Shown here: piece after piece, positions 37,691-51,719 of the stretch | Numbering within the stretch: the first letter of the stretch is position 1 | How the letters are laid out: each line of letters begins with the position of its first letter | Assembly (NCBI GenBank): GCA_951406725.2 | Contig: OX597814.1 | Coordinates: forward strand, 18,042,001-18,106,000 | Reading direction: 5' to 3' | Length of the DNA: 64,000 nucleotides | From: Octopus vulgaris | Taxonomy: Eukaryota | Program-made: the position numbers and the translations under genes | The notes under the pieces: generated by a model | The model's input: only the letters and a program-made list of their open reading frames with translations | What the model was told of the DNA's origin: nothing | Database searches by the model: none

Positions 37691-39362
37691 GGACGGGATA
37701 GTTACGAGTACAGCGACATTAATGAAATGTTTACGTGATCAGAGATGATCAGCAATGTCACAAAATTCGGAAATACGGAAACTTGTATATTCTTGTGCTG
37801 GTCTGAATCTGTTAACCGTTTTAAAAATCTACACCTGATGCTTGAATGTCTGGAACACTGTCCTCGCCATGGCAGGAATTCTGGTCAGATTTCAAGCTTA
37901 GGCATAATTTTCCTACCGTCAAACAAGGAGTTGTTGAAAAGCATCAACAAGTTTTTGTGTTATTTTGTAAGGTCCGTTTCAGGATTTACGCATTACAGAC
38001 CTCTACATGTGATATTGAAATTTCAAACATGCGTTTATAGTAATATAGTTCGTGAAGCATAAATATAAGACATTAATCAAGCAGAATTAGAAATTATGGA
38101 TTCGGCAGTGATTTATACGGGGGATTATTAAGTGCAATAGAAATCGTTCCCACACGAAAATAAGCATATGCATAAATATATAAATAAATTTCCTTATATT
38201 TCAAAAGGTTTTTAATTAAAAGAAGTCCTTCATCATTTGCAATGATATATCTTCTTGAGAAATATTTCTTATTGCAAAATTACTTAAGAATTTGTTAAAT
38301 AAAGAGACATATACATATGTAAATATATACACACATACACACACATATGCATTTGCTTAAACATGCTTTCACGTATGTCGATAGACCTATGTTGTTTTCG
38401 ATGGAACAATAATATTAATATTATTACTCATTTCGAAAGTATTTTATCAATTTATTTTGCATAGCACATTTGGGAATTGAATTCATATTTTTAACGAAGC
38501 TCGCTCACACATCCTTTCTCGCTGTGACTCCATCATACTCATGCACATACATGCTCACATGACAAAAGAAAAAAGATGATCGTACTCTGTGAGTGTGTGT
38601 GTTTATGCATATGTGTGTGCTTTTGTGTGTTTGTATACATGTATATATATATGTATATAATTATTTGTTTATATATATATAGATACATCAAAATAACGTA
38701 AAAACACACACATATATGGGTACACAATTCGTTGCTATTCATTGTTTGGTTATAGCGAAGTTATTCGATATTAATAACTGAAATTAAATATATATGAATA
38801 AAGCATAAAGAGATAGAAATGACAAAATATAATTAGACAGAATAATATGGGAAGTTCTCAGTAAATTAGGGAATAGTAAAGATTATACTGAGTTTTGGGA
38901 GATCAATTTATGTGCAAACTAAAAAAGGAGCAAAACACTGAGTGCTAAGTTGTAATATGTAAATTTAGTGAAAATTAAGAGAATGTGCGAGGATAGAAGA
39001 GAAACTATATGGCAGTTAAGTGCTGGTCTGTATAACGGTCGTGTAGTCTTCCAGTATTTTAAGAGAACATATCAAAGTGGATGCATTTGGTAAATATCCC
39101 CAATTTCGCATTTACACTATATGCACTAGTATTGAAATTTTCGTTTTAGAGCAATAGTTTCTTCCTTAGTTATACTAAAGTCATTTCTCTCTTTTCATAA
39201 TAATATAATCTGCATCGCTGAAAGATCTTCCATTTGATATTGAAAATCAAGGACATGTTAAATACATGTGTCCAATGTGTTTGGTATTTAGGTGTATTTA
39301 TTAATATGAATACGTGTGTAAGAGTGTGTCATTTTAAAATGTGTGCATGTATAATGTGTATT

Positions 39363-39442
<80 letters not shown>

Positions 39443-40088
39443 TATAGGTAGATACAGATATGTGTAATATACATATAGATAGGTATAGACATAGATATAT
39501 GTATGTATCTATCTATATCACTCAATGGATTATATAGATATATATAGATAATTAATCAAAAAAGGCCACAGGTAGGTAAGTATTTACAAATATATTAGGA
39601 GTTTTGGATATTGTTTTCCCTGTACATATCTTACAAAGCTACAGATATACATATTTTTAACGTGTATATCCCTCAGCTAACACTTTTAAGTATAGACATT
39701 TTTTCGCAGGATGACATAAAGACGTATATAAATTTTCATTCTTTCATTCTACTCCTACTCCAAAAAATATTATATACCCATAAGAAGAGTAGCAAAAAGG
39801 CTTTCAGATGACAGTATTACCGGGATATGATTCACACTGAAAGTAGTTACGTTAGAGAGAGGAACTTTTAACCTCTGCACAATTGTATCTCAGTTACTTC
39901 TGAATAGCGATTAGGAGAACCTCGTGAGCCTCGACGAGGATGAATTACATTTTGGAAATAATAACCTGATTTACCTCCCCTGAAAAAGTTACTGTCATAA
40001 AGAATAGAAGAAAATTTTGAATAATATGGCGTTTGTAACTTATGACTCGACATAAAGACAGGATGGTTGGAAAACATTTTATCACTAA

Positions 40089-40470
40089 CTAGCAGTATTG
40101 TACGGCGTTGCTCGGGTTTGTTTCGACCCTTTAGAATTGGAATTTTTGAAAAGTAAACATTTTGCATTATGTAGCTCTTTAAATGAACATTTTTCTGGTT
40201 GAAATACACCGAAAAATGGCGACACAGCAGTCAAAAAATCGTTAAAAAATAGGGATTTTCATATTTAAAAAATCACCTTTTTGATGTAAATAATTTTTGG
40301 TGTTAATATGGTTCGATTTGAATGTTTTCTTCTATGGAAGGAAGAGCAAGCCTTCCTCTATCATACTCTCAATTTTAGTCAACTTGCGTCGCAGGGTCTT
40401 GAGGAGATAGTGTTAGTTGAAGGCTACCAAACCTGCCATACACAGACAACTTCAGCTTTATATAGAAAGA
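40089..40470 (-). mobile_element. Non-autonomous Helitron, related termini with a different interior
   Basis: Minus strand A|TCtttctatataaagctgaagttgtctgtg ... acaaacccgagcaacgccgtacaatactgCTAG|T. Confidence 0.8.
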
Positions 40471-40721
40471 TTTGATGTACTAATTTACAGCATTTAAACG
40501 ATAATGTTATTGATTATAGGTAGATAGCTACATATATAAAGGACTGATCTACTGAATATTGAAAATCATATTTCTATTATGACTGCCATTTCTGCATCGG
40601 GCGTTATATTTTTATTCCTTCATTATATCTTCTGCCGCATTTATTATAATTATTTCATATATCTTTCCAATGCTAACTTAGGCTTTTCCCACTGCTTATT
40701 TACCGCCATGTTATTTCCATT

Positions 40722-40897
40722 TGAGTTCTGAGTTCAAATTCCGCCAGGTTGACTTTGCCTTTCATCTCTTCGGGGTCGATTAAATAAGTACCAGTTGCGC
40801 ACTGGGGTCAATATAATCGACTTAATCCGTTTGTCTGTCCTTGTTTCTCCTCTCAGAGTTCAACCCCTTATGGGTAGTAAAGAAATAGGTATTTCGA
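40722..40897 (+). mobile_element. SINE family D, 5'-truncated
   Basis: gttctgagttcaaattccgcc...gtagtaaagaaataggtatttcg. Confidence 0.8.
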
Positions 40898-41759
40898 CAT
40901 TTAAAAAAAAATATTATTTCAAACTTCTCCTTTGTCTGACGTTTTATTATAGCCAGTGAGTAAACTTTAATTAACAAAAAAAAAAAGAAAAAATACGTTA
41001 TAGCAGTAAATAAATTTTAAAATGTTGCTAGAGTGTAAATGGCGTGGAAAATGCTAAGAAACCTTAAAAGACTAAGATACCCAGTGCTAGAATCGAACGA
41101 CTCGATAATGTGGTTTTGTGGCGAGCTTCTTAACAAAACAACCAAATACACACTTACAGGGGCAAGCATACAAACTTATGTATATCCATGCCTGAAAACG
41201 TAAGTATATATCTATGTATGTATTTGTTTTTTTACGAATATCTTTAGAATCCATATCTTCTAAACTACCTCAAATAACAAACTCAGCAACATATATATTC
41301 AAAAGCTAAGTTACCAAAATCGATGTGTAGGCAGACACTTAACCATCTTCAGGCAAACATATGTAGACTGTAAAACAATAAATGTCGAAAACACAGGAAT
41401 AAAAAGACTATGAAAAGTTGAATCTCGATTGAAACGTAACTGTATTCTAACAACAAGGTTTACACGTCGAAGATTTCCCATAAAGACTTGCATATGTGTA
41501 GGAAACGTATTCATATTCAGAAATAAATAAAAGTCCAATAAAAAGTTTGTGGTAAGTTTTGTGAATAATAAAGAAAACATACTGCAAAGGAAAGGTGTAC
41601 CGTTTCATTTTGGGCGGCGTTAGTGAAGCACGTTTAGTGTTATGAATTTGTGCGCGTTTCTACACGTTTATATTCATGTGTATACACATACACAACACAC
41701 ACATATAAATGCGTATGTATACTTTCAAGTATACACAGACATATACTCTCTCTCTCTCG

Positions 41760-41806
<47 letters not shown>

Positions 41807-42016
41807 ACATACACACAGCAGCACTTACGTATATATGTATGTACGTCCTTCAAAATAGAAGTGTAAATATCGGAACGGTGGTTTAATTTACGTGCATATA
41901 ATTCTGCGGTTAAACTTATCTTTACGACGAAGTCTTCGTTTATCTTATTTTAATTTTTTTTGTCTTCATTGCTCCGTTTGTTATTGCTGCAGTACCATTT
42001 GTTGCCGAGACGTCTA

Positions 42017-42072
<56 letters not shown>

Positions 42073-42320
42073 GTAGGGATGTATACTTGGTGTGTGTATA
42101 TATATTCAATGCGCACACACATACAAAAGACTGTGTGTGAGGGACACATGGAACAAATGTTTAGTTGATCATTCATACAACTATGAACACACATAAATAT
42201 GCGGTGATACACATATATAGGTACAGGCGCGCGCAAAATGCCCCATACGTATAAATGAATACAATTTACATGTGTATTTATGCATACACACATACATACA
42301 TAGATACATATATATATATG

Positions 42321-42379
<59 letters not shown>

Positions 42380-42475
42380 TATAGCGGTTTATTCAAGCTT
42401 ACGTCGATGCCTCTGTTTTGCAATTTTAATAAAATAAATATATACAAATTCTAAAAATAATTAAACAGATATACA

Positions 42476-42554
42476 GTACAGTAGTGTTTCTACTTCGCGG
42501 ATTTTCACATATCACGGGGGTTTTTGGAACGTAATACACGCGATAGTCGAGGTA

Positions 42555-42560
<6 letters not shown>
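42476..42560. mobile_element. Tiny Tigger/pogo-like MITE remnant
   Basis: tacagtagtg..ctacttcgcgg ... cgcgatagtcgagg, degenerate inverted ends. Confidence 0.35.
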
Positions 42561-42605
<45 letters not shown>

Positions 42606-42619
42606 CATGCTTTAATGTT

Positions 42620-42845
42620 CATTCTTTTATCCCGTTACTTAATTCCGTCATTTGACTTCGGCCTTTAAGGGTCTTTGCGGAACAGATCGACATCAGAACT
42701 TTATTTTTTTAAACCAAGCATTTACTCTACCGTGCTCTTTTGCCGAACCGCCAAGTTACGGAAACTTAAACACACCAACACCGGTTGTCAAGCGGAGATG
42801 GAGGAACAAGCCCAGACACTAAGGCACATACAGAAAAATACATAC

Positions 42846-42903
<58 letters not shown>

Positions 42904-43052
42904 CGCGATATGCTTCATCAGTTTCCGCCTACCAAATCCACTAGTGAGTGGAGGCTACATAAGAAGACACTTGCCCAAAGTGCTACACTGGGACAGAACC
43001 TGGAACCATCTGCTGAAGAAACAAACTTCTTACCACAGTCATACCTGCGTCT
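42620..43052 (-). mobile_element. SINE family C, diverged
   Basis: ttttgccgaaccgccaagttacgg...agaagacacttgcccaaagtg..accacagtc. Confidence 0.75.
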
Positions 43053-43176
43053 ATACATACACATACATACATACATACATACATACATACATACATACAT
43101 ACATACATACATACATACATACATACATACACACACACATACATACATACATACATACATACATACATACATACAT

Positions 43177-43207
<31 letters not shown>

Positions 43208-43846
43208 TACATACATACATACATACATACATACATACATACATACATACACACACACATACATACATACATACATACATACATACATACATACATACAT
43301 ACATACATACATACATACATACATACATAATACATACATACATACATACATACATACACACACACATACATACATACATACATACATACATACATACATA
43401 CATACATACATACATACATACATACATACATACACACACACACATACATACATACATACATACATACATACATACATACATACATACATACATACATACA
43501 TACATACATACATACATACATACATACACACACACACATACATACATACATACATACATACATACATACATACATACATACATACACACACACATACATA
43601 CATACATACATACATACATACATACATACATACATACATACACACACACACATACATACATACATACATACATACATACATACATACATACATACATACA
43701 TACATACATACACACACACACATACATACATACATACATACATACATACATACATACATACATACATACATACATACATACATGCATGCATACATACATA
43801 CATACACACACACACACATACATACATACATACATACATAATACAT

Positions 43847-43877
<31 letters not shown>

Positions 43878-43973
43878 TATACATACATACATACATACAT
43901 ACATACATACATACATACATACACACACACACATACATACATACATACATACATACATACATACATACATACA

Positions 43974-44009
<36 letters not shown>

Positions 44010-44012
44010 TAT
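43053..44012. repeat. About 960-bp (ACAT)n/(AC)n microsatellite
   Basis: Direct reading; source of the 334-391-aa spurious ORFs. Confidence 0.97.
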
Positions 44013-44642
44013 ATTTGTACTCTGTTTTTCTGTTGTAAAAAATGGTTTGTTCCATGCTTGTTTTTCCGTTTTCGTTTCTCGTTAAGTTCTACGTCTAGTT
44101 GTGGTGTCCTGTACTCACGTATATATATTTATATATGCACGTATATATACATGTAGATGTAGGTACGTACATATATGTATGTATGTATGCGTATATTTTA
44201 TTTATTACACTATATATATATATATATATCCTGTCTCTTTCATAAGCTGTCTGCTTAAGCGTTCAGAATAACTTTTACTATTTTTACCTTTTATTGTTTT
44301 ATTCATATTGTCCTGTTCTTGTTACCACTTTTACCCCCTCCGCAAAAAATCTCAAATTTCATTTAATTTACTTTGCGGGAAGGTCTGTTTCAACGAAGTC
44401 GCGCCTTCGAAACGCAGAGTGGACGAAACAGGGACAACTGAAGAAGGGGAATATTCCTTGTGTTGTATGTTTTGTGATCTGTTTTTTTTCGTTGTTTGAA
44501 AAAAAGGTAATTTCTATGATTTTGCTTTTATGTTTTCGTTTCTCATTGTATTCAACGCTTTTTTGATGTCCTGTACCCATATATGCATGTATATATGTAG
44601 GTATGTACATATATGTATGTATAAATGCATACATTTATTATT

Positions 44643-44650
<8 letters not shown>
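44010..44650 (+). mobile_element. PLE-type terminal repeats, partial tandem
   Basis: ttttcgtttctc..tgtcctgtac.ca..atatgca..gtaggta.gtacatatatgtatgtat at about 44070-44210 and 44533-44645; decayed HHR-like gaagg..ccttcgaaacgcagagt. Confidence 0.6.
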
Positions 44651-44693
<43 letters not shown>

Positions 44694-44778
44694 CATAATG
44701 CGTATATATATATGTACTTACTGAAAAAATTTGTATACTGAGCGTTTGTGTGGAATATATACGGAGGAGAATGCATGC

Positions 44779-44809
<31 letters not shown>

Positions 44810-44827
44810 ATGTATATAGAGATAATA

Positions 44828-44920
<93 letters not shown>

Positions 44921-45087
44921 TCATAGATATACCATATACAGCTGACAACAAGGTATGCGATAATGAAGAAAGAAAAGTCTATAGGTATGCCAGATTATGT
45001 ATGTATACGTACATATCCATATCTATCTATATCTATATCTATATCTATATCTATGTCTATATCTATCTCTCTCTCTCTCTCTCTCTA

Positions 45088-45136
<49 letters not shown>

Positions 45137-45139
45137 TCT

Positions 45140-45665
45140 CTCTTCCTTTGCTTCTCTGTCTTTTCTTTTCCCTCTTCTCTGTCACGTGACTGTTGGCCGA
45201 AATCTGCCTTTCAGCTCCTGACCCTCGTCGTGTTAACATCGTTGTTTTTCGTCCGCCGCTATAAAGGCTTCTTCCAATGCGCCAGAGAAAAAATTTGTTT
45301 GCTTGTTATCAGTCGTAAGACACTTGTTGTTTTCACCGTTAATGCTTCTGTATTTCATGTTTCTGTATTCCATTATTGTTTTTTGTTTTTTTTATATCTG
45401 TCCCTTTTGCTGTCCTGGTGTTCGTATGCATTCGATCCTTCTTCCAGGAAATCTACGCTTCCAGCTTAGTTTTTCTAATGCTCGTTGCTTAGTTTATCTT
45501 GGAGGGCTGGCCGTGATCTAGTAATCTCAAGATTAATCAGCCGAAATTACTACGATGATCCGGTTCTTGACTGAAGACTGAGGGTTTCGAATGTCCTGTC
45601 CGTGTTTATTGTATCGTCTTCTAAGAGTTATACGTTCTTGTCCATGTTGTATTTTTCTACATACC

Positions 45666-45718
<53 letters not shown>

Positions 45719-45733
45719 ATATATATATGTGTG

Positions 45734-45801
<68 letters not shown>

Positions 45802-46090
45802 TACATGCGTACAGGACGTCACCAACTGTGCAAACAACAGGAAATACGTAAACAAACGAGTTAGATACATAAACAACCAGGGAGAAAAATGAGGGCAAGT
45901 AATCACAGAGAAAGTACACTTTATCATTTGTCGGCTGTCTATATACTCCTCATTTCAAGCATTGAACGACAATATGAGTCTTCAAAGACTGTTGCTCCCA
46001 TAAATTCTAAAATAAAATATAGGATTTAAGGAGAATCAAAGTTGGGAACAAGAACAGGACACACAATGTATGTATCCTTGACGATTTTTC
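45140..46090. mobile_element. Two PLE-type terminal fragments in (TA)n (45140-45668 plus; about 45800-46090 minus, related to 27370-27525)
   Basis: Similarity to 22680-22840 and to 27370-27525 (gtt.gtgacgtcct.tac.cat). Confidence 0.5.
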
Positions 46091-46240
46091 TCATCCGTCT
46101 TCCTTTTCTCATGGACTTTCCTCCGTCTCCTGTTTCTAACTACCTTTCTTTCCTTCTCTGAGCGTCTGCTAATACTTTGCATGTACAACTTCCTCGCGTG
46201 GTTATTTTTTTTCTTGCCTTTATTCGTTTTATTTTTGGGA

Positions 46241-46307
<67 letters not shown>

Positions 46308-46327
46308 TGTGTGTGTTTATATTTTTA

Positions 46328-46406
<79 letters not shown>

Positions 46407-46564
46407 TGAATATAGACTCAAACGCAAGCGCGCAAAAATACACGCACGCGCGCAAAAATACACGCACGCGCATGAACAGATACACTCATACACATATGTG
46501 TATAAATGAATGCATGAATGTATATATACACACTCACTCATAAATGTACAGATAAAGGCCTGTA

Positions 46565-47524
46565 GATATGCAAATATGTTTATATCTTCTGCATATGTAT
46601 GTATGTATATATGTGTATATGTATGTATATACGTACATAGGTATGCATGTTCGTATGTATGCATGCACATATCTATGTATAACGTAAACGGCTGACTACT
46701 CGGTGACATACAGTCGGCATGAATTTTAGGAACAAGTGTCTCTCCTTTAACGACAGTGAGGCTCAATTTTGGCAACTGATAACAACACAAAACTCAACTT
46801 TGTTGGGTAACTGACTATACATTAATAGTGGAGATAAATACACCCACATGCATGTATATATATATCGGTTGGTGGATCGGTATTTATGTATGTGAGCATG
46901 TATAGGTTTGTGTGAATGTGTGTGTATTTGTGTGTGTGTGTGTGCGTGTGAACCCTTGTTTTTTTACAAACGTAGAAGAATTATTCAGTATAGAAACTGT
47001 ATATATTTTATTGGAGGCTAAGGCTTCCTGAATCATTGTTCTGATATGCAAATATGTTTATATCTTCTGCATATGTATGTATGTATATATGTGTATATGT
47101 ATGTATATACGTACATAGGTATGCATGTTCGTATGTATGCATGCACATATCTATGTATAACGTAAACGGCTGACTACTCGGTGACATACAGTCGGCATGA
47201 ATTTTAGGAACAAGTGTCTCTCCTTTAACGACAGTGAGGCTCAATTTTGGCAACTGATAACAACACAAAACTCAACTTTGTTGGGTAACTGACTATACAT
47301 TAATAGTGGAGATAAATACACCCACATGCATGTATATATATATCGGTTGGTGGATCGGTATTTATGTATGTGAGCATGTATAGGTTTGTGTGAATGTGTG
47401 TGTATTTGTGTGTGTGTGTGTGTGCGTGTGAACCCTTGTTTTTTTACAAACGTAGAAGAATTATTCAGTATAGAAACTGTATATATTTTATTGGAGGCTA
47501 AGGCTTCCTGAATCATTGTTCTGA
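46565..47524. repeat. Near-perfect tandem duplication, about 479-bp unit
   Basis: 46565-47042 matches 47043-47522 except for (GT)n length. Confidence 0.95.
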
Positions 47525-47692
47525 GTTTCAGGTTTCGAAGTATTCAAACGCTTCACGTTACTTCAACTTGAAACGAAAGAGTAAGAGTAAAGGTTCACAA
47601 TAACATACAGTAACATATATCTTATGTATATGTATACATATATATATATATATATATATATATGCATACTTCTTATGTATATATATATACAT

Positions 47693-47750
<58 letters not shown>

Positions 47751-49259
47751 CATATATACATATATACATATATACATATATATACATATATACAAACATT
47801 CATATATATATATATATATATATATAAATTCGTGTTTATGTGTTTATATGTATTATGTGTTTATATGTATTATGTGTGTATGTGTGTGAGCGTGTGTGTA
47901 TGTGTGTGAGCGTGTGTGGTGTGTGTGTAAAGTAAATTTCCGAATTAGGTTGGTAAGGATATACAATCTTATTGCGTACCATATTCACTTTTACCGGTAT
48001 ATAATGCTGGCTAACCTCCGTGAGTGTAGAAAAACTCCAGTCTCCAGTTAGTTTATTTTACTATCCTCAGTATGTCCATATGCCTCTGAAGAGACTGCAT
48101 GTTATCGGTAGAGAAAAATATGTTAGATTAATATGAAGGGGAACAGAGACTTATATATCCATTTTTATTCTGCAGTCAGTCAGGTCTTTCCATTTCTTCA
48201 CCTGCATATGTCTCTTCTGCAGTGTTGTGCACACTGCAGAATTTTGCATCTTGGTGTGCATTTTGGTGTTAAGTGCTACTTCTTCGGGTCAGGTCGCTCT
48301 TGAGCGCTATTGGTAACATGTAACCCAGTACAACCTGTCACATGAATCAGGTCGTCGGTGACTAAAATGGCAACCCCATAAACTTGCTTGGTGAGTATTG
48401 TGGTTGTTGGACACATTGCGGGACGAAAAATAGGACTCGTCAAAGAGCAGAACTACTGTGTAGTTAAAGCCAATTCAACGAGCACCTTGTCGCGGGGAAG
48501 TGCCTGTGTGCTCCATTGACACTGAGAGCTATGCTGGAAGGAGAGAAATCTTAGCAGGCCAGACAAATCGAAGGGGAATAGACAGACAATACTTTAACGA
48601 AAATAAATCGAAGTGTGGGCAGCAGGGCGTGGATTTAGTTATCGGCAGGACCTAACAAATAAGATACTTGGCTTTGAATTAGCAGGATGTCATGCAGAGG
48701 ATCTTGAATACAAGACAATGGACGAGACCTTAATATTCCTAGTTAGATGGAAACTGCGGGACCACATGGAGCAGCGCACTGTGGCTCCTATAGTAAACCC
48801 ATAAAAGGGGCGTTCTATGGGATGATCTAGATGAGAGAGAGATTCAGAACTCATGTGAACTAAATACAAATCTAACCAAAATACGCGTGGTGTTAGTATT
48901 CTAAAAATAGCCTAAATTCTGACCTTTTCAACTCTGCTGGTTAGAAAAACAAGTGACTAGCTGTCCAAGAATGGGTTAGTAGTCAACGACTGTATTTTAT
49001 CCTTCAAGTAATGAATGGTACTAAATTCTGTATCGGGTTGCTTAGTGTGTGTTGATGTTATTGTTGTTATTATTATTATCGTCCATATTACATAGTTAAT
49101 AATGAGTTATTGTTATATTATTTCATTTGCTAATTTTATAATTAGCTTAAATTTATGGATATCATTAATTCTATTCCCTTATTGTTCTTTAATATAAAGT
49201 TCAGGAGTTTACATTTAATCGGCTACTCTGCTTGCTATTATTTACTTGATTTCTATTCT

Positions 49260-49700
49260 AATGTTAGTATTACTTATCATTCAGACACTTAAATCGATTA
49301 AATGTATGTTTAGACTGATGAAGACATCGTCTGGCGTGCTCGCGTCTAGGGTTAATTAATTTGTATTTTGATGTGAGAATTTGGTAAATTTCTTCAACAC
49401 ACAATGCTCACCGTTTGCTTACTCTTCTATACGGTTTGATTCTACTAATTATTTCCCAGGTAATTTCATATTCTTTATTATAATCTTTTATTGACCCAAC
49501 TAATTTGCTTAAGCTGGTTTTATTCCTCTTTTTGTTGTCTCTAAATAAGTTTTCGCGATTGACAATTCTTCATTTTATATATGTTTTGAACGCACCTACA
49601 TAATAAAATATCTGACCTTCTGAGATTAACTTACATCTGTAATTTTTCAGGGGACATAATCCATTGGTTGCGCAATCATATTTCTTTATCTTAGCTCAAT
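49260..49700 (-). mobile_element. Penelope GIY-YIG endonuclease remnant
   Basis: DCATNGLCP..YRCKLISEGQIFYYVGA...KDYNKEYEITWEIISRIKPYRRVSKR*ALCVEEIYQILTSKYKLINPRREHARRCLHQSKH matches the PLE EN pattern (CxC..CP, YIG, I.W.I....PY...KRC.LC.EE, LN.R.E...C.H). Confidence 0.8.
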
Positions 49701-50364
49701 TTTTTATATCTTCTTACCCTTCTTGATTATTTATATGTTTATGTTTGCTCCGTTTATTGCCCAATTTACATTTCTTGTTTTGATTTTCATTAATTTAAAT
49801 ATCCCTTTCCAATAAATAATTTGAGCTTTTATTCATAGCATCTATTATTATTATTACTCATAATTCCAGTAAGGGTTGCTATCTTTGTTATGTATATTTG
49901 CTTTTGCATTGCTGCTCTTTAAGTATATCTGTTTCCCTGTGAAGATGCTTTTATATTGTTTACAGCAGTTATTTCCGTTGCTTCGTATCCTTGTTAACTT
50001 TATTTTCATTAAAATCTCGATAGAAAGAACGTTCGCAACGGATTTTTCTTCTCGGTTAGTTTCCGAGACGTCTTCGTGGTTTCGCACGCTTTAAAACCAA
50101 GACCACTCATATCACGGAGGGGCATTAAGCTTCAGGAAAAAAATAACGAATGTATACGAGGACAGAAGAAAATAACATAAGCGTGTGCAACAAGAAAAAT
50201 AATGAGGAAGATATAACAGACAAATGGTACAATAACAACAAAAAATGCCTTTTGGCTATTCAGTGCCGCAAAGAATAACTATAGATATGCAAAATATATA
50301 TATACACATATGTATGTATACATGTATGCATAAATAAGTGTATACACACATACCTATATTGGTT

Positions 50365-50745
50365 TTAGATTTCGGCACAATGCCAGAAGTTTTGGAGGAG
50401 AGGTCACATCGATTAGATCGACCCCAATGTTCAACTGCTACTTATTTCATCGCACCCGAAGGGATGAAAGGCAAAGTGAATCTCAGTGGAATATAAACTC
50501 AGGATGTACAGAGGTATTAAATGCATATTTCTTTATTACCCACGAGGGGCTAAACACAGAGGGGACAAACAAGGACAGACATAGGTATTAAGTCGATTAC
50601 ATCGACCCCAGTGCGTAACTGGTACTTAATTTATCGACCCCGAAAGGATGAAAGGCAAAGTCGGCCTCGGCGGAATTTGAACTCACAACGTAACGCAGAC
50701 GTTGTGAGGTATTAAATGCCGCTAAGCATCTCTCTTCGTGTGCTG
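50365..50745 (-). mobile_element. SINE family D nested in an older D variant
   Basis: gaggtattaaatgc duplicated at about 50511 and 50707. Confidence 0.8.
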
Positions 50746-51294
50746 ACGATAGTGCCACATCACCACCTTAAAGCACACGCCCATACTACTAACAAAACCC
50801 TTGCTAAAAACTCAAACACACATACACGTGTGTGTGGGGTGTGTGTGGGGTGGGGGTGCGTGCGTGTGTACTTATTCAGTTTGTTATTCTTAAATATTAA
50901 AAAATTTTCTTCTCTTCCGGGCTTAATTTAGTACTTTAATTGACTTCGCATCCTTGCAGACGCGTGAGAAGTCCTCTGTTATTTTCTTCAATGAATATAT
51001 TATTATGTCAATGACTAATATTATCTTTTGCTGAAAATTTAAATATACCAACAAAATATTTACATATATATACATATATCCACACACAGATATACACCGA
51101 TAAACAAACCAGATTATAACAGCTATATGAAGGAAAGCCACAGTAACTATTGGTCCCAGGTTTTTTGTCGGTTTTAAGGCCATTCAAATAACCCTCTTCA
51201 GAAGACTGATGATGATTGTTTGTTTGTGTATCTGTGTGTGTGCTTATTGGTAGACAGATAGAAAGTCGTTATGTATATCTTTATATCTTTAATC

Positions 51295-51382
51295 TTCCAT
51301 CTTTTACATGTTTCAGGCATTAGACTGCAGCCATGCTGGAGCAGCAGCTTCAAAAATTTGTAATCGAATAAATCGATGCAAG

Positions 51383-51414
<32 letters not shown>

Positions 51415-51451
51415 CTTCTTCTTCTTCTTCTTCTTCTTCTTCTTCTTCTTC

Positions 51452-51509
<58 letters not shown>

Positions 51510-51620
51510 AGCCAGGTACTTTTTCTATCGGACTCTTATGTAATACCACTAAGTTATGGGGGCGTAAAGACATCAACGAAGTGTCAAGTTGTGGTGGGGG
51601 AGAAACACAGGCACAAAGCC
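51295..51620 (-). mobile_element. SINE family C 3' half with (CTT)n(ATT)n expansion
   Basis: gactgcagccatgctggagca...ccactaagttatggggg. Confidence 0.7.
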
Positions 51621-51655
51621 ATACATACATAGGGACACACACACACACATATATA

Positions 51656-51709
<54 letters not shown>

Positions 51710-51719
51710 AAAGAATATA

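Noticed and set aside
42910-44085. Long ORFs of 334-391 aa, and the many YIYI/HTHT/VCVC/RERE ORFs across the window
   Set aside because: Translations of stop-free microsatellites
48180-48560. GC-richer block, possible LINE 5' UTR or HDV-like ribozyme
   Set aside because: Could not build the nested double pseudoknot by eye; family unassignable
49313-49380. ctgatga as a hammerhead start
   Set aside because: No GAAA or stem I; it is the antisense of GIY-YIG coding sequence
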